Source: Schmidtea polychroa
Lineage: Eukaryota
NCBI GenBank assembly: GCA_044892525.1
Contig: CM097885.1
Location: forward strand, 18,974,001 to 19,038,000
Direction: 5' to 3'
DNA: 64,000 bases
A program made the position numbers and the translations under genes. Positions 14,733 to 28,945 of this stretch are shown here, in pieces; the stretch's first letter is position 1, and each line of letters starts with the position of its first letter. The notes under the pieces were generated by a model. The model saw nothing but the letters and a program-made list of their open reading frames with translations, was not told the origin of the DNA and made no database searches.

Positions 14733-16413
14733 TATATATATATATATGATGAGTTTCTAGCTAATTGTGATAATTAAAGTAAAATTAAAGTAATTAAAAT
14801 GAGTTATATGTTCAGTAATGATGTTTTTAATAAAAAAGTATTTTCAAAAGATTATAGAGAGGGATATGTAATTCTTTTTTAAAATTAACCAAATTTCATC
14901 CAAGAAATTATAGACAATAAATTACCATTAATATATACGATTTCCAACAAAGTTCTTAGAACTTTTCTATACTTTCTTTCGAATTTCTCTCTTATTCTCT
15001 CAAAGAATGTTTCACGTTTGAAAGATTCTCGTTTGTTTTCCGAGACTACTGATTAATATTTCCATCGTAATTGATACCTATAAAAAGAAAAATTGATAAT
15101 TCGATGAATATTATCAGATTTTACAGATTTTACGCTCGTTTTCACAAAAATCAATTGATTGGAAATAATTCTGAGTGCCATTGAAAATTCAAATAATCAA
15201 TTATTTATTGATTTTAGCACTAGAAGCGGCAATAAATCTATGTATATATGTACATAATTGGTGAAAATCGCTAATTTATCTCGGGCCCTCTACATGACGG
15301 AGTCTTCGTCGTTACGAAATGAGCATCTCGGAGATTTAATAAAATAAATTAGAGGATTTTCATTCTCATAATCTGACTCAATTAGGGAAATAAAACTGAA
15401 ATATCGGCATCAATTTATCACAGCATATGAACTGCAGGGGGAAAATTACTCATAGTAACTTGTGGGAATAATTCGATAACATTAACGTATTAAATTTGCA
15501 ATTATTGAAAATTCGCGATCTATCGATTTATAATTTGATAATTTAAACAAAAAAATAAATATTTGAAAAGTGAAAAATAAACGAAATTATTTTCAATTTA
15601 AGATTTGTGAAATTCGAAAGTTTTCTCAATAATAAAATCGATGGAAATAATTTTCTAATTTTCAATTTTGGAAAAACGTTAAAAAATGTCAAATTCATTT
15701 ATTTAAACAATTATTCACATTAATTGGTAAATATTTTTTGGATAGGAAAATAGTTATTTTATACTATTATAATGTCATTAATTGGCATTGGTATATATTT
15801 AAATGTATATTTATGTTAGTATCAATTAAACAAAAATTAGTAATTTGCAATATATTTTTATTTTTAAATATTGAAAATATAAAATTTATTAAATGACAAA
15901 ATTACTGATTTTAAGTCATTCAGCATTTCTTTCATTTTTACACAAATAAATAAAAAATAAAAAATGTCTCTTTTTTACATTATATTCGTTTATTTTGCAT
16001 TTCGTCAAAAATTAAAAAATTTAATTCTACGCAAAAAAAATGTTTAATATCTTGTCAAAATAAAAGAAAACCTAAATGTTAGCCAAAAATCCTTTTTACT
16101 TATATTCATCACAACACTTTATCTTTATTAAAATACAAAATCTGTTATTGCTCTATTTAGTAAAACAACACTTTTCTCAATAATGATTTTTATACATACT
16201 TCAATATAATATGAAAATTAAAGTAAATTAAATTAAATATAAAATTATTAAATAAAAAAAATAAAATTTATAATTAAGCTCCAGAATAGAGGATTTGAAA
16301 TAGCAATGAAAGAAATTCACAAATAAGAAATTATTTTAGTTAAAATTCAGTAAAATGATAGAAATTTAACAAAAGTTAAAAGTTAACAAATAATAAAATG
16401 CCAAAAAATTGTT

Positions 16414-16965
16414 TTAATGAGAACCAAAAAACTTAACGGATGACAGCATCGGTAGTTTTCTGGATTTAAATTTCACACTCATGCAATAAATACAAATCAA
16501 TGTTATATTCCTTTTCTCTTTCATCTCCTTGACTATAATATATAAAATGCTAGAACTCGTGTTCATATAAAACATCCCCAACATCCAGCATATTTCCACG
16601 AGCAATGATAGCACCCGCTTAATTTTCCTATCTTTTTAGTATGGTGCAACCATCAGTTGTTAACATATAACTTTTGAATAGATATCCATTCATTCAGTAT
16701 TATAGAAATTTCCTTTACTCCAAACAGGTCATTGCAAATCTTTCTTTTTACCCGACATAGTGAATTGAATACAGAATTGCTTCCCTTTCTAATTAATCTG
16801 ATTCACCAATTCCCGACATAAATAACAACTTCCTGCAAGTGGGATTATTCTGAGAGCATGACTCTGCCTCTCGTTGAATGTCACTGTTTGAATAACTTTG
16901 AACATCATCGTATAATTCCAAGATTTCACGTTTCCAACCATCTCCAATATCGTCATATACATTAA
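16414..16965 (-). pseudogene. Decayed ORF of unknown function, divergent from the CstF-77 fragment
   Basis: Coding-like frame NVYDDIGDGWKREILELYDDVQSYSNSDIQREAESC... interrupted by stops; no homology recognised. Confidence 0.3.
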
Positions 16966-17684
16966 TTTAGTTTTTATCGGCCAATTATAATTAAACTTTA
17001 ATAAATTCAAATAAATGTTGAAAACACACAAAAAAATATCAGTTTTTAAATCATTTAACTTCCTCACAAACACATTTTAAACAAAATCTCAAATAAACAA
17101 ATTAAGTCCAAAAAACCCAATTCCAAATCAACTTACACACTAACCAATCCAATTTGATTATTCCAATAACTAGACGAACAACAAAACAAACACTCCGAAC
17201 TCAAAATTAAAAAATACACACCCATAAAGATACAGACAGAAAATCCGATTGAACGCATACCATAAGAAGAAATGTTCCAATTTATTTCACAATAGAGTAT
17301 CGATCAATATTTTGTTTTAAATTTAACATGAACTTCTTTTACTGTTGTTTCGACCAGTCAGAGAGGAGACTGACTTCTCATCTGACTGGCTGTATAAATT
17401 TGGCCTCGCATTTGTGTGCGATTGTGGTGGTTATTGTGTCAGCATACATACGCGGGGAATGGTGGTTTGTGAGGGGTATTTTTGTCGTTTTTATCGCGTC
17501 TGTGTGCGCGTTATTATTAAGATTGTTATACCGTGTTAGGGTGCGCACATAGACGCGGACAATATTCTATGTTCGGATAAAAAAAATGAATTTGTGTTTT
17601 GTAAAATTTATTTTTCTGCTGGAATTTTACTTCAAATATTGGAACTTTCCAGAAATTGTTTTAAATGTTTTTGTTTAAAAAGGT

Positions 17685-18230
17685 ATGATTTGCCTCTTTT
17701 TTGTGAATATGAAAGAAAATAAAGTTTTCAATCCTGATAAAATATTGATGGCCAAGGAATACTTTAAATCAAATCCACGGGAAGCGTGGAATGTTTTATT
17801 TAGCGATGCACAAATTCGCCAGTTTCCCTTAATCAGTCAATATCTTGAAACCATTGAAAATGTTGAACTATTAAAAGAATATGTACTGCGAACTTATCAC
17901 ATCGAATTATGGAAACTCTATTTGTCTCACCTAAAAGATAAAAAAACACAAAACTCCTAGTTTCAAAGAAAGAATGGCTCAAGCTTATGATTATGCAGTA
18001 GATAAAATGGGTTTGGATTTTCTCATCTGGTCAGATTATATGAATTTCTTAAAATCAACTCAAGTCAAAAGTCAATATGCTGAAAGTCAAAAGACAATTG
18101 CTGCACGTCGAATTTATCATTGGACTATTGTTACTTCCATGGTTGGTATTGAAACAGTTGAGAGAGATTGCAATGCTTTCAAAACTTCTATCAATAGCGT
18201 TATCGCTAAGAGAATTATCGAAGAATTTGA
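17685..18230 (+). pseudogene. CSTF3: Intronless, truncated copy of CstF-77 / suppressor of forked N-terminal HAT domain
   Basis: AWNVLFSDAQ, HIELWKLYL, PSFKERMAQAYDYAVDKMG, IWSDYMNFLK, YAESQ...RRIY, INSVIAKRIIEE follow the CSTF3 N-terminus in order; frameshift near the A-run at ~17941-17955, internal deletions, C-terminal truncation. Confidence 0.85.
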
Positions 18231-19784
18231 AGTCGGGATTTCAAAAGATAGTCAAACTCGAGAACATGTTTTATTGACTTATAAAGTTGGAGTCATGATT
18301 ATTGATCAAAATAAAAACTAGCTTGATATAATTCATTTTGACTTAATAAAACTGTTAAGACAAATTTTGTCTTTTAATTTTACGTTTTTTAGAGAATGAA
18401 AAAAAATTGAAAATATTGGATGAATTGAAAAGACAAATTGGATTTTACTAATTATTACTTAAGTAGTTCATAAATGATTCAACCACTTCATGATACTTTC
18501 GTATTTATCAATTTTTTGTTTGTATTTATAGTATATAATATTTATTATTATTATGTTTTAATGCTCTAAAATTATTTTACTTTCATGAAGTTTCAAAATT
18601 GAATTTTAAAATTCCAAAAAAGAAATTAATCAAATCAACAACAAAAAACAAAAATGACATTCTGAGAAAAATTACCTGTTTTCAATTAATTTAAAAATAA
18701 CTATTTAAAATAAAATGAAAAGTTAGAATAATACAAAAATAAAATTGTAAAAACAAGAGAAATAATGTGGATAAAACTAAAATAATTGAAAATTTAATAA
18801 AATAGCAGTAAAAAAGGATTTATTGAAACTAGGCATTGTAATTGAAATTTCCCATATAATGCTGAAATGAAAAAATACTAATGTGAGATAAACATATTTT
18901 TAAAACAAAATTAAATTATAATATTTGCATTCCTATCAAATATATTAATATAATTTAAATTAAATTAATATTAAAATAAAAAAAATAATTTATTACAAAA
19001 TATAATAAAATAAATTTAACTAATTATAAATTAGCTTATAAATAAATCTACAAAAATATTTTTTTAGAAAGAAAACCATTTCTGTTGACAAATTACAAAT
19101 TTGTCAGCTTTATTTGGATTTTGAAAATAAAAATCCCATTCAATTTAATAACAAAATTCTTGTTATAAAGATAAACTCACACCAATCATAACTTGAACAG
19201 TTGTTTCTGATTTTCTTTTTTTCCATATTCTTTTCCTATCAAAATAAAATCGAGTCAAAGAAGTTGAAAACAGCTGCGACTTTATTTCTATTGAAAATGA
19301 TAACTACTGAAAATATTTGTCGAACCATTTTTATTTCAATTAATTTACTATTATTACTGACTGTCAGCAAAACATGATTTGATTGTTTAGGTTCACAGTC
19401 AGAAAAATAGAATGATAATATTTTAGGAAAGTAATTAATGAAATTTATTCTTATGAATATAAATAGAAAGGAGACATTTTATAATTAATTTATAATAATA
19501 ATTTAGAATTTTGGGAAATATTAAACATTTGTTTTATTTATTGATTTAAATAAAAAAATAAAATAGTTTCTTTTTAAATAAATAAATGTAACAAGTGATA
19601 AAAGCAAAGTCTATGTCGAGTATAATAAACAATTTTTGATTTTTTGTCAAAATGAAAATAATTGAACTATCATCAAAAAACAAATGTAATCAAAAAATAA
19701 GAGATTATATATATATAGTATTTATCAAAAAGCTTGACTACAATGTCAATTGAATATAAATCAGTGGTGAAATTTGAAAAAAAA

Positions 19785-19820
<36 letters not shown>

Positions 19821-20122
19821 CGCGTGTGCATATGTATAATTAAAAGTTTAAGAATTGATTAGAGATTAATGGACATTAAAATGTTATGGAAACTAGTAAA
19901 TCTTATATTAATTTAAGTAATGACAAAGGAGGATTATAAACCAAGACTAATATCTCATGGTATACAATATTAGGTAATATTAATAGAGATACCCAAAGGT
20001 GGTGACATTATACAAATTTTATATTATTACATAACCACTAACATAATAATAGACCTCTGATGTAATCATGTTCACTTTATATAATAATTGACCTTTGACT
20101 TCTGACAACATGACCATCCGAA

Positions 20123-20415
20123 GGGTATTGTGTGGACCCGGGAACAAAGAAATATGACGTCATCGATGACGCCACAAAGACATATGACATCATGCCCCCC
20201 CTACCCCCCGGGGGAGGGGGTATTTTTTTTAATTGTTCTTTAAAAATTTTTTTTTAAAATTTTTTTAAAAAAATATATTACGTTGCGGTATTTTAAAATT
20301 TATATTACGTTGCGGTATTTTAAAATTTAATTATATTTTATTCACATCATTCGAAAGGTCTTGAAGAGATCTATGCAAAGGTTTCACCCGGGTCCACACA
20401 ATACACTACTCTACT
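20123..20415 (-). mobile_element. Polinton-like terminal region with internal inverted repeat
   Basis: Ends ACTACTCTACT (minus strand AGTAGAGTAGT); inverted pair GTATTGTGTGGACCCGGG / CCCGGGTCCACACAATAC; G/C runs; TGACGTCA motif; 27-bp tandem duplication at ~20274-20328. Confidence 0.45.
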
Positions 20416-20475
20416 GTTTTTTCTCTCTTTTCTCTTTGTTCGATTGGGATTTAAGTCTAACCATGTATAGGCAGA

Positions 20476-21075
20476 ATTTAATTCTCTACAACATGGCTCA
20501 ATTACAATTTTAGTTTGGTGTTTAGTGTGTAATACACACATGTTTTTACGATAAATTTGTATTTTTCGCGCGGTTAACGTAATTTTCTTGGATTTTTATA
20601 TATATATTATATAGATAAAATTTAATTTTCTATAAAATGGCTCAATTACAATTTTAGTTTGTCGCTTTGTGTGTAATACACACATGTTTTTACGATAAAT
20701 TTGTATTTTTCATATAGTTAACGTAATTTTCTTAGGATTTTATTCATATAATATATAGATAAAATTTAATTTTCTATAAAATGGATTGATTAGAAATTAT
20801 GTATCTTGTTCTGTGTGTAATACACACATGTTTTATGATAAATTTGTATTTATTATACGTTAACGTAATTTCCTTGGATATTTATTCATATATTATATAG
20901 ATAAAATTTAATTTTCTATAAAATAGCTTGATTAAAAATTATGTCTCGTATGTTGTGTGTAATACACACATGTTTTTACGATAAATTTGTATTTATTATA
21001 CGTTAACGTAATTTCCTTGTATATTTATTCATTTATTATAGAGATAAAATTTAATTTTCTATAAAATGGATTGAT
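20476..21075. repeat. Tandem repeat, ~143-145-bp unit, ~4 copies
   Basis: Core GTGTGTAATACACACATGTTTTTACGATAAATTTGTATTT recurs at ~20525, 20669, 20813 and 20955. Confidence 0.9.
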
Positions 21076-21087
21076 CTAGAGTTTAAA

Positions 21088-21440
21088 ATGTTGTATTATT
21101 TTATTACTTTGTTGCAATATTTTTATAATCTTATAACAATTTGCTTAAATATTTTACATCTGGTGAAATATTTCCGAAATATGTTATTACTTTGTTGTAA
21201 TTTACTGAAAGACTTCACAATTTATTACAATATTCTTTTTAATTTGTTGTCCGTCTTCGAAATAATGTATTGATTTGTCCCAATTAACATCATTATTTTA
21301 TTACTTTGTTGCAATATTTTTATTATTTTAGTTACAATTTGATAAATATTTTACAACTTTGTTGAAATTTTCTGAAATATGTTACTACTTTGTTGTAATA
21401 TTTTCTAATCTTGTTACAATTTGCTTAAATTTTTTACAAC
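21088..21440. repeat. Degenerate tandem repeat (TTATTACTTTGTTGCAATATTT core)
   Basis: Core recurs at ~21100, 21184, 21298 and 21382. Confidence 0.7.
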
Positions 21441-24400
21441 TGTTGAGCGGAGAATCTGATAATTAATAAGAAACAATGCTCAACCATAAAGAGCCAAGGG
21501 AAAAAGATACTTCACAATAATTTTAAAATCTTTCCATCAATCTGAAATAAATGAAGAAATGAAGATATCAAAAGCTCAAACCTCAAATATCTTAAGAGAT
21601 TTTGAAAGAGCACAAAATACAATGTAAATAGTAAACTCAAAAGCCATTTGCAACACCAAACACTCTCAAATGGTAAATTCAAGAAAAAGAAGAAGAAAAA
21701 GTTTCGAAATAAAACTTTGAATCAAGACACGGGGAGAAAAATATTTAATCCTCCAACTTAATCATATAAAACAAAAATGCGAGAAGCATCTTCGTCCTAG
21801 GTACTTGGAGGACTAGCAAGAACTTTCAAGTAGCTATTTTCCTACATATAAATTATGTCTTTGCCCTTACTTCCTCATGCAAACAGCTGAAGTAGACTGA
21901 AATTACTGTTTGCACAATGAAAAATATTAAATATCAAGAAAGTCGAGTCAAATAATAAATTAATTTAAAATTATCGAATTTTTCTTCATCGGTAATAAAA
22001 GTAAAAAACTTTGTAAACATCTCCTTTGAAAAATTCTGAAATATATAATTTTGTAAAACAATTATTTTTTTTATTAATTATTCATTTTATATTATTTGTT
22101 TAATCAAATTATCCGAGTTGGAACAGATATAAAAATCAAAACATAAATAATAAATTAGTTATCGTTCATCAATATGTATTAATATTTATTATTATCATCT
22201 ATTATTCTTAATTTTATTTAATACTATTAATTAATAAAAATATTTAATTTTTTCATTTCCTAATTTAATAATCAGGATTAAAAGTTGACCATTATTCTAA
22301 AAAATGAAAAATGCAATTAGTGAACTCGAAAAAATCTAAAAACGAAATTGCATGTATAATATTTTATGTTGTGTTTAGTTCCTCTTTGACTGACGAGAAA
22401 TTATCGTCATTGGAAGAACTAGAAATAACTACAGTTGCAGCTAACAACATTAAATGTTCGTGGGAATTAGCTCGAGATAGACGAGTGATATTTTCATTAT
22501 TTAGATAATTATTAATGGGATCTGATTGAATGAATATTGCAATATTATTGTCCAAAAGTTCGTTTGGTTCATTTTTATCATCAGTCAATTTGATTGAACT
22601 TTTACGGATATATTCTAATAATTATCGTTTTCGTGTGCTGCTTTATTTCCATCGCAAGCCTTTTTGTCTGGAGAAGTTTCTTTATTAATGAAGCAGACGC
22701 ACAATGAGACCAATTATATGATAATAACGAATGTCAATAAGTTTAGATTGATAATTAAATGAATTATATTATCTTTGATTATTTGTAAATGTTGCATCGG
22801 CGTACAATTGCAAAATCCAAAAATTCCTAATAGAAGTAGATAGATCACTGTAACAGTTAATACAGTTAATAAAATGAACAATCTTAAAAAATTTAATTCA
22901 TAAAATTCAACAATAAACCACATTAAAAAAATAATACAAACTAAAACTATATATTAAAACAAGCGTTTTAATATATATTTAATTATTTCTTAAAAATAAA
23001 AAATGCAGCACTTAAAAAATTACTACATTTTACAATTAATTATATATAATTTTATACTTAATGCTCTTACAAACCAACCATTGTACTGAGTAAAACTGTT
23101 TCTTGTCTATCAACGGCCAGCTAAGGGTTATCATCAGTCCAGAATGTTAATCTTGGAGAAGAAAGTATTTCTGGAAATATTTTCATTAAAAATGGTTATA
23201 AATATATACAAAATAATCGAACAGTCAAAGATTTCATTTAGAAACTTTGAAAATTTTGTACTGTACAAATTGTCTTAAGAAGTGAAGAATTTCTTATAGC
23301 CTTTTAATGAGCTTTTTTGGTCAGACAGTAATAATAATTCTCAAAAAAAGTCTACTAAAGTCTATTAATTTTCCAAGTTTGTGGCAGAAAGAAAAATCAA
23401 TAAAATTCAAATTACAATAATTCACAAGTGAATATGCAATAAAATGATAAATAATTAATTAGAAATCGATTTAAAATAATTAATTAATTTACAAAGAATT
23501 TCAAAGAATTTCAACTTGAATTTTGGCAAATAATCGAAAGAAATTGTTAATAAAATAAAAATTTTAATTAATTAAAAAAGCATCATGATAAATCGTTATT
23601 ATTTGCTATAAGGAAATGCAATAATCGGATTTTACAAAACCAAATTAAAAAGGAAATAAAAAATTCTAGGTTAGATTTTATCTTTCTATGAAAAATAAAT
23701 AAAAATTTTATAATTTGATAATTGAAACGATGGAGTGGAAATTTAAATTTATTGAAAAATCAATATATTAATATTAATTTATTTAGAAATTTACTTCTGT
23801 TAGCTTTTGCTATTTCAAAGCTAACTGAATTTGGAAAGAGCTGTTTAAACTAAAAGATGTCAATGTTAGATTTAACTATTTGAATTTAAAATATACACAA
23901 TTTTCAATGAATAAACGAATCTCTAATGTTAAAAAATCAATAAGTTTATATCATATAAACACACAAACTTATCTGTGTGTTAATTTTACGCGATGCAATG
24001 AAAAGTGAGAAAGTGGTAGAAAAAATAAACTGACACACACTAACACACCACATAGTAAAAATTGCATCAAATTTCGATATGTAGAATCATTGTAATGAAT
24101 AAATGCACTATATAAATCATTTAGAAAAAAATCACCGAAAAGATTTTGAAGAAAATTCCGAAAACTCAATTTAGACATAATGTTATAAGAATTATCTTCA
24201 ATTTTTAATAAATTTAATAGTTGTTTAGTATTTTACGTCCTAAAATTTCATTATCAACTTTACTGTTCGATGTTGATGTGAAAAAAACTAAATTTTATTA
24301 ACCTAAATTTAAAAATTAATATGTTCCTCGAAAGGGAGTACAATTTAGTCAATGAGGCTTTGAAAAGTGAGCTGAGAAAAGATAATTATAAAAAACAAAT

Positions 24401-25517
24401 GAACACAAAATTGGAGGATATGGGCCACCAAACCATGGGTCCGCTGGGCTAAACCCCCGACCCGCTATATAGTTTAATTAATTGACTTTAAAAGTATGGA
24501 CCTGCTAGGCCAAAGTAAGTCAAATACACACAGATTTTATATAGTTTTATTAATAAATACTTTTGGGGCTAGAAAAAGTGAGTGTGTGTAATGGGCAATA
24601 AATAAGAGATATTTCAAAAACTTTTTAGAATCAAATCAATAATCTCAAAGTTGATTATTAAGAGTTCCTGACCAAGTATTACGCTGACCAATGACTCATG
24701 TTCCGAATGTTTATTGTATGATTCAAGGTATTGCAAGGGTCATTTTGAAGGTTTTTATGGATGGTCAAAATACAAAAATAATATTTTTAAAATTAAAGTC
24801 ATGTCAAAAAATGACCAACTTTGATGTGTAGATAGAGCTGTATGTACTCTATATTATGGTGCTACTTAGATTTTTGCAGGTTTAACCATGGTGTGTCAAA
24901 ATCTTCAAATGATCAAAATATTTTATTTTCTTAAACATTAATTAAAGATCGGCACCATCATGGTGAACATGTTGGACCATACCTTACAAGGTTTCACAAG
25001 GGTCTAAGGTCACCAAGGTCAAAAGTTCAAAAATTTAAGTCTTTTTTTCTAACACTTGTTAATTTTTATTTTTTAATAATTTTAAAAAGTTTAGAAACTT
25101 AATAAATTTTTTCTACTAAGTTCTAATATGATAATCTATATCTCGGAAGAAAGAAGAATGATATCTATCGAATGACATATTAATCAATGTATTGTTGTTT
25201 AAAATTAAAAAATTTAAAATTTGAAAAACTTTACAAAACATTTAAATCATGTAAAGTTTCATATCGTTGAAAAGGGCAAACAAATATCCATAAAATGACA
25301 TATTATTCAATGAATTCATATAAATTGAACAAAATACTAAATTTCAAATTTGTAAAAATTTCAAAAATAAAGTTTTGATATGTTGTAGAATTTCATAAAA
25401 CGAATATTTTTCGTTAAAAAACTATACCTCTAAAATGACTTAATAAAACATGTATATATTTTAATGTCTTTAATTAGTCATGTCTTTGTTAATCATACAT
25501 TTTAATCATATATTAAA

Positions 25518-25521
<4 letters not shown>

Positions 25522-25608
<87 letters not shown>

Positions 25609-25640
25609 GTGATTATTATTACTATTAATATTAATATTAT
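25522..25640. repeat. (ATT)n microsatellite
   Basis: Direct. Confidence 0.95.
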
Positions 25641-27639
25641 GCAATATCCAATCAGATTCATACATTGTTTGTAAAAATGACGTTTTCTTATCAATATCGT
25701 TTTATTAAAATGAACCAAACCAATTTTATTATAAGTTTTCTCAATGCAGTACTTTCAAATGAAGAGGAAAATGAAATAATTACAAGTTTACGAGCCCTGC
25801 TATCCTATGCTGACAAGATAACAGAATAAAACTATTGATTTTTAATACGTTTTAAATCAGAAATCGATTAGAACAAAGGAGTACCATTTGAAACTGGTTC
25901 TTTGTTCTCTTTTCGAATCAGGCACGAACTGGTCACTCCTCATAATGGCTTTCTTGAATATGAAGCAGATTCTTTTCAAATCTCAATCATTTTATGAGAA
26001 TTATTTCAAATGATCATTCGAAGTAATTGATTTAATAATAATCTATAAAATATAAAATATTATTTTTAGATTATTCAGAAAAAAATATGCCCATGGGTTC
26101 ATCAAAATGGGAATTGGGAAACATTAAATGATCTTTGCAAAAAACATGAAGATATCCAAAAAGCAAGAAAAATCCAAACAAATATTTCAAAGTTGAAATT
26201 ATGTGTTACATGAGTATTGTTTACTGTATTATTGTTTCGTAAATAAATGTTTTAAATGATTTAATAAAATATATTGTTTTATTTATTGTAATACTGTTTT
26301 TTTGCTAAAACACATTTATTATTAATTCATTTTTGGCTTTATTATTATGATTATTATGACCTACTTTTCGTGACCTACAAATACTAGGAATTTCAAGAAA
26401 AAACAAAAATCGTCAGTAGGGGGGCTTGGCACATGGGCCCATATACCCTTACTCACAAGCACAAATTATGATCACATATAATAATATCTATAATAAATAT
26501 AATATATAATAAATCACATAATAAATTCTAAAATATTCCCAAATTTCCTATTTTTATAATTCGGGATACTTCCCATAATTTATGTTCGCAGGTGCGTATT
26601 TACACCTGGTTCTAATGAATAACATTTTCTATTATTAGAGACAATAAATACATTTTACATCAAATTTTATGTGTGCTACAAATCATATTACTCTATAAAA
26701 CAACTTTTAATATAGAATTCTAACTTTGTCAAAGGAATAAATTTTCTCACTAGAAAATTCCAATTATAAAAAACCATTCCAAACAAGTGATCAAAATAAT
26801 AGTTGTATTCGATAAATCTATTTTGATGAAATTCTATTTCTGAAAAGCATGTTTAATTAATAAGAAAAGGTTTCACTAAAAATAATTATTAAATTAAATT
26901 AAAATTTATATAAAAAATGTTATTTATAAATTGAATTAAAAATGTTAAAATAAAATGACCTGATCAAGTGACCAATAAGCAAATATTAATTCTAGGCATA
27001 CAGTGTGTGACAGTACAACACATGCTACAAAATCTTTTATCAAATGAAACTGAGTACCAAAGTACACAAATTAAGTGTAACAAAGACAAATAACATGGGA
27101 AAGTTTTCATTAAATTTATATTTTTCTAAAGATTTTTAAAATTATTTTTAATCTTTTAATGCGAATAATATTATTTTTATTAAAATTTAAATTTAGAATT
27201 TATTATGAATTTCGTGGAAATCATTTTTATGTGATTGCATTAATTTGTTTTGTCATTTTAATCAACCTTTCCTTTTCATCATTTTGTTAGTATTTAAAAA
27301 TAATCACCATTAATTTTAATATTTCAATCATAAATTACATTTTCGATGCGTTTCTCCTATATTTTAAAAAAATTCCGGTAATTAAACATCATATTCCAAA
27401 TTTTTTTAAAATAACTGTGCTTTCTAATGCTCTTGGAAATGTGGAATGAGATTAAGCACTAGAAAAAGATTCAAATTATATATTTTTATAGTTAAAAATT
27501 CATCTAATAAAGGATTGCTGCTCATAAGTTTTGTACTTCTGCGTACATAATTTTCAAACAATAATTGTTTTTATGCATTTTTTCTATAATAAAATACCTT
27601 CATTTATACCGGTCGCCATTTTTACTTGCAGTTATTTAA

Positions 27640-27866
27640 CCACTTGTCGGGCGATTTTTTTTCATGTTTTCGGTCAAAAAAAAACTATTTTTTAAAATCA
27701 TTAATTAATAGTATATAATCAAAATATAAGGTAAATATATATTTTTTAATTTTCCGAGTTTGTATTCACTATTTTTGTCTATATGAGTTTGCTCTCACAT
27801 GTGAGCGCTCGCCCGAAATGGTACACATTTTTTGCACTAATATTTGAGCGCGCGCCCGGCAAGTGG
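27640..27866. mobile_element. piggyBac-type MITE
   Basis: TTAA at 27636-27639 and 27867-27870; 14-bp TIR CCACTTG(T/C)CGGGCG with one mismatch. Confidence 0.85.
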
Positions 27867-28014
27867 TTAAAATAGGTGTAGTTATTTTTTCTATATATAA
27901 ATTATTTATGTCATATAATAAACCTTAATTTATAGACTATTTTAATTATTTTATTTTATTATTTTTAACACGAAATTATATTTAAAAAAGGAATGGATTA
28001 ACAACTTGTCCCTA

Positions 28015-28107
<93 letters not shown>
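28015..28107. repeat. (CT)n(AT)n microsatellite
   Basis: Direct. Confidence 0.95.
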
Positions 28108-28109
<2 letters not shown>

Positions 28110-28945
28110 CCTTTGAAAACTTCATAATAACATTTTTACTAACAAATAACACCTTGTCAAAATACCAATTATCTATTTTAGAAAAATCAAAATTCTGTTA
28201 ATCTTCCGAAAATAAATTAAATTATGAAAATAAATCATATTTTATTTAAATCTTAACCTATAATTTTGTGAGTTATCAGCAATGATGTGAAAAATTAAAT
28301 TTTACAAATTTTCAAAGAATATCTTTAAATTTAAATTTATTCAGTGAAAAATATTTTAATGCAGTCTCGGTAAAATGCAAGACATTTAAGCGATCGAAAG
28401 AAAAATGCCAGTAGTAATTAAAATTTTGTTTTTCCTCATTTATCCGTAATTTAATTAATTAGGATATTTATATTTGTGTATATATTTGACTAGGAAAGAA
28501 ATTTTAAATTAAATTTCCTGGAAAAAATAACAAACAATGACATGTACTTGCAGAAAACATTTTTGTTTTTACTAAGAGCAATTAAAACATTTTGCAATCC
28601 AACATTACACCGTGAATATTTGATGTTTCATAAACTTAATTTCCAATTGGATATAAATGCAAATTTTCAACTGCAAATTTTTATCGGCAATCACTTTGAT
28701 GGTTAATTAAAAAAAATTTAATTTAAAATAAAATTTAATTCATCACTGAAAAAATGAGAAAGAAATACAAATGAAAATTTTATCAACCATATATTTGTTT
28801 AATTCTTTCATTAATTAAGTCTAGTGAAATGAGAATCAGTTTGTTTCAAATAAACAAAAATATTAGTTCAACTATAAATTAGTTTATAGCTTACATTTTA
28901 TCATTTCAGACATGAATAATTTACAACAAATGTTAAAATTAAAAA

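Noticed and set aside
20476..21075. CRISPR-like array
   Set aside because: Whole units repeat with no unique spacers; eukaryotic context, no cas genes.
23090..23145. Minus-strand CTGATGA, possible hammerhead
   Set aside because: No proper stem II/GAAA geometry.
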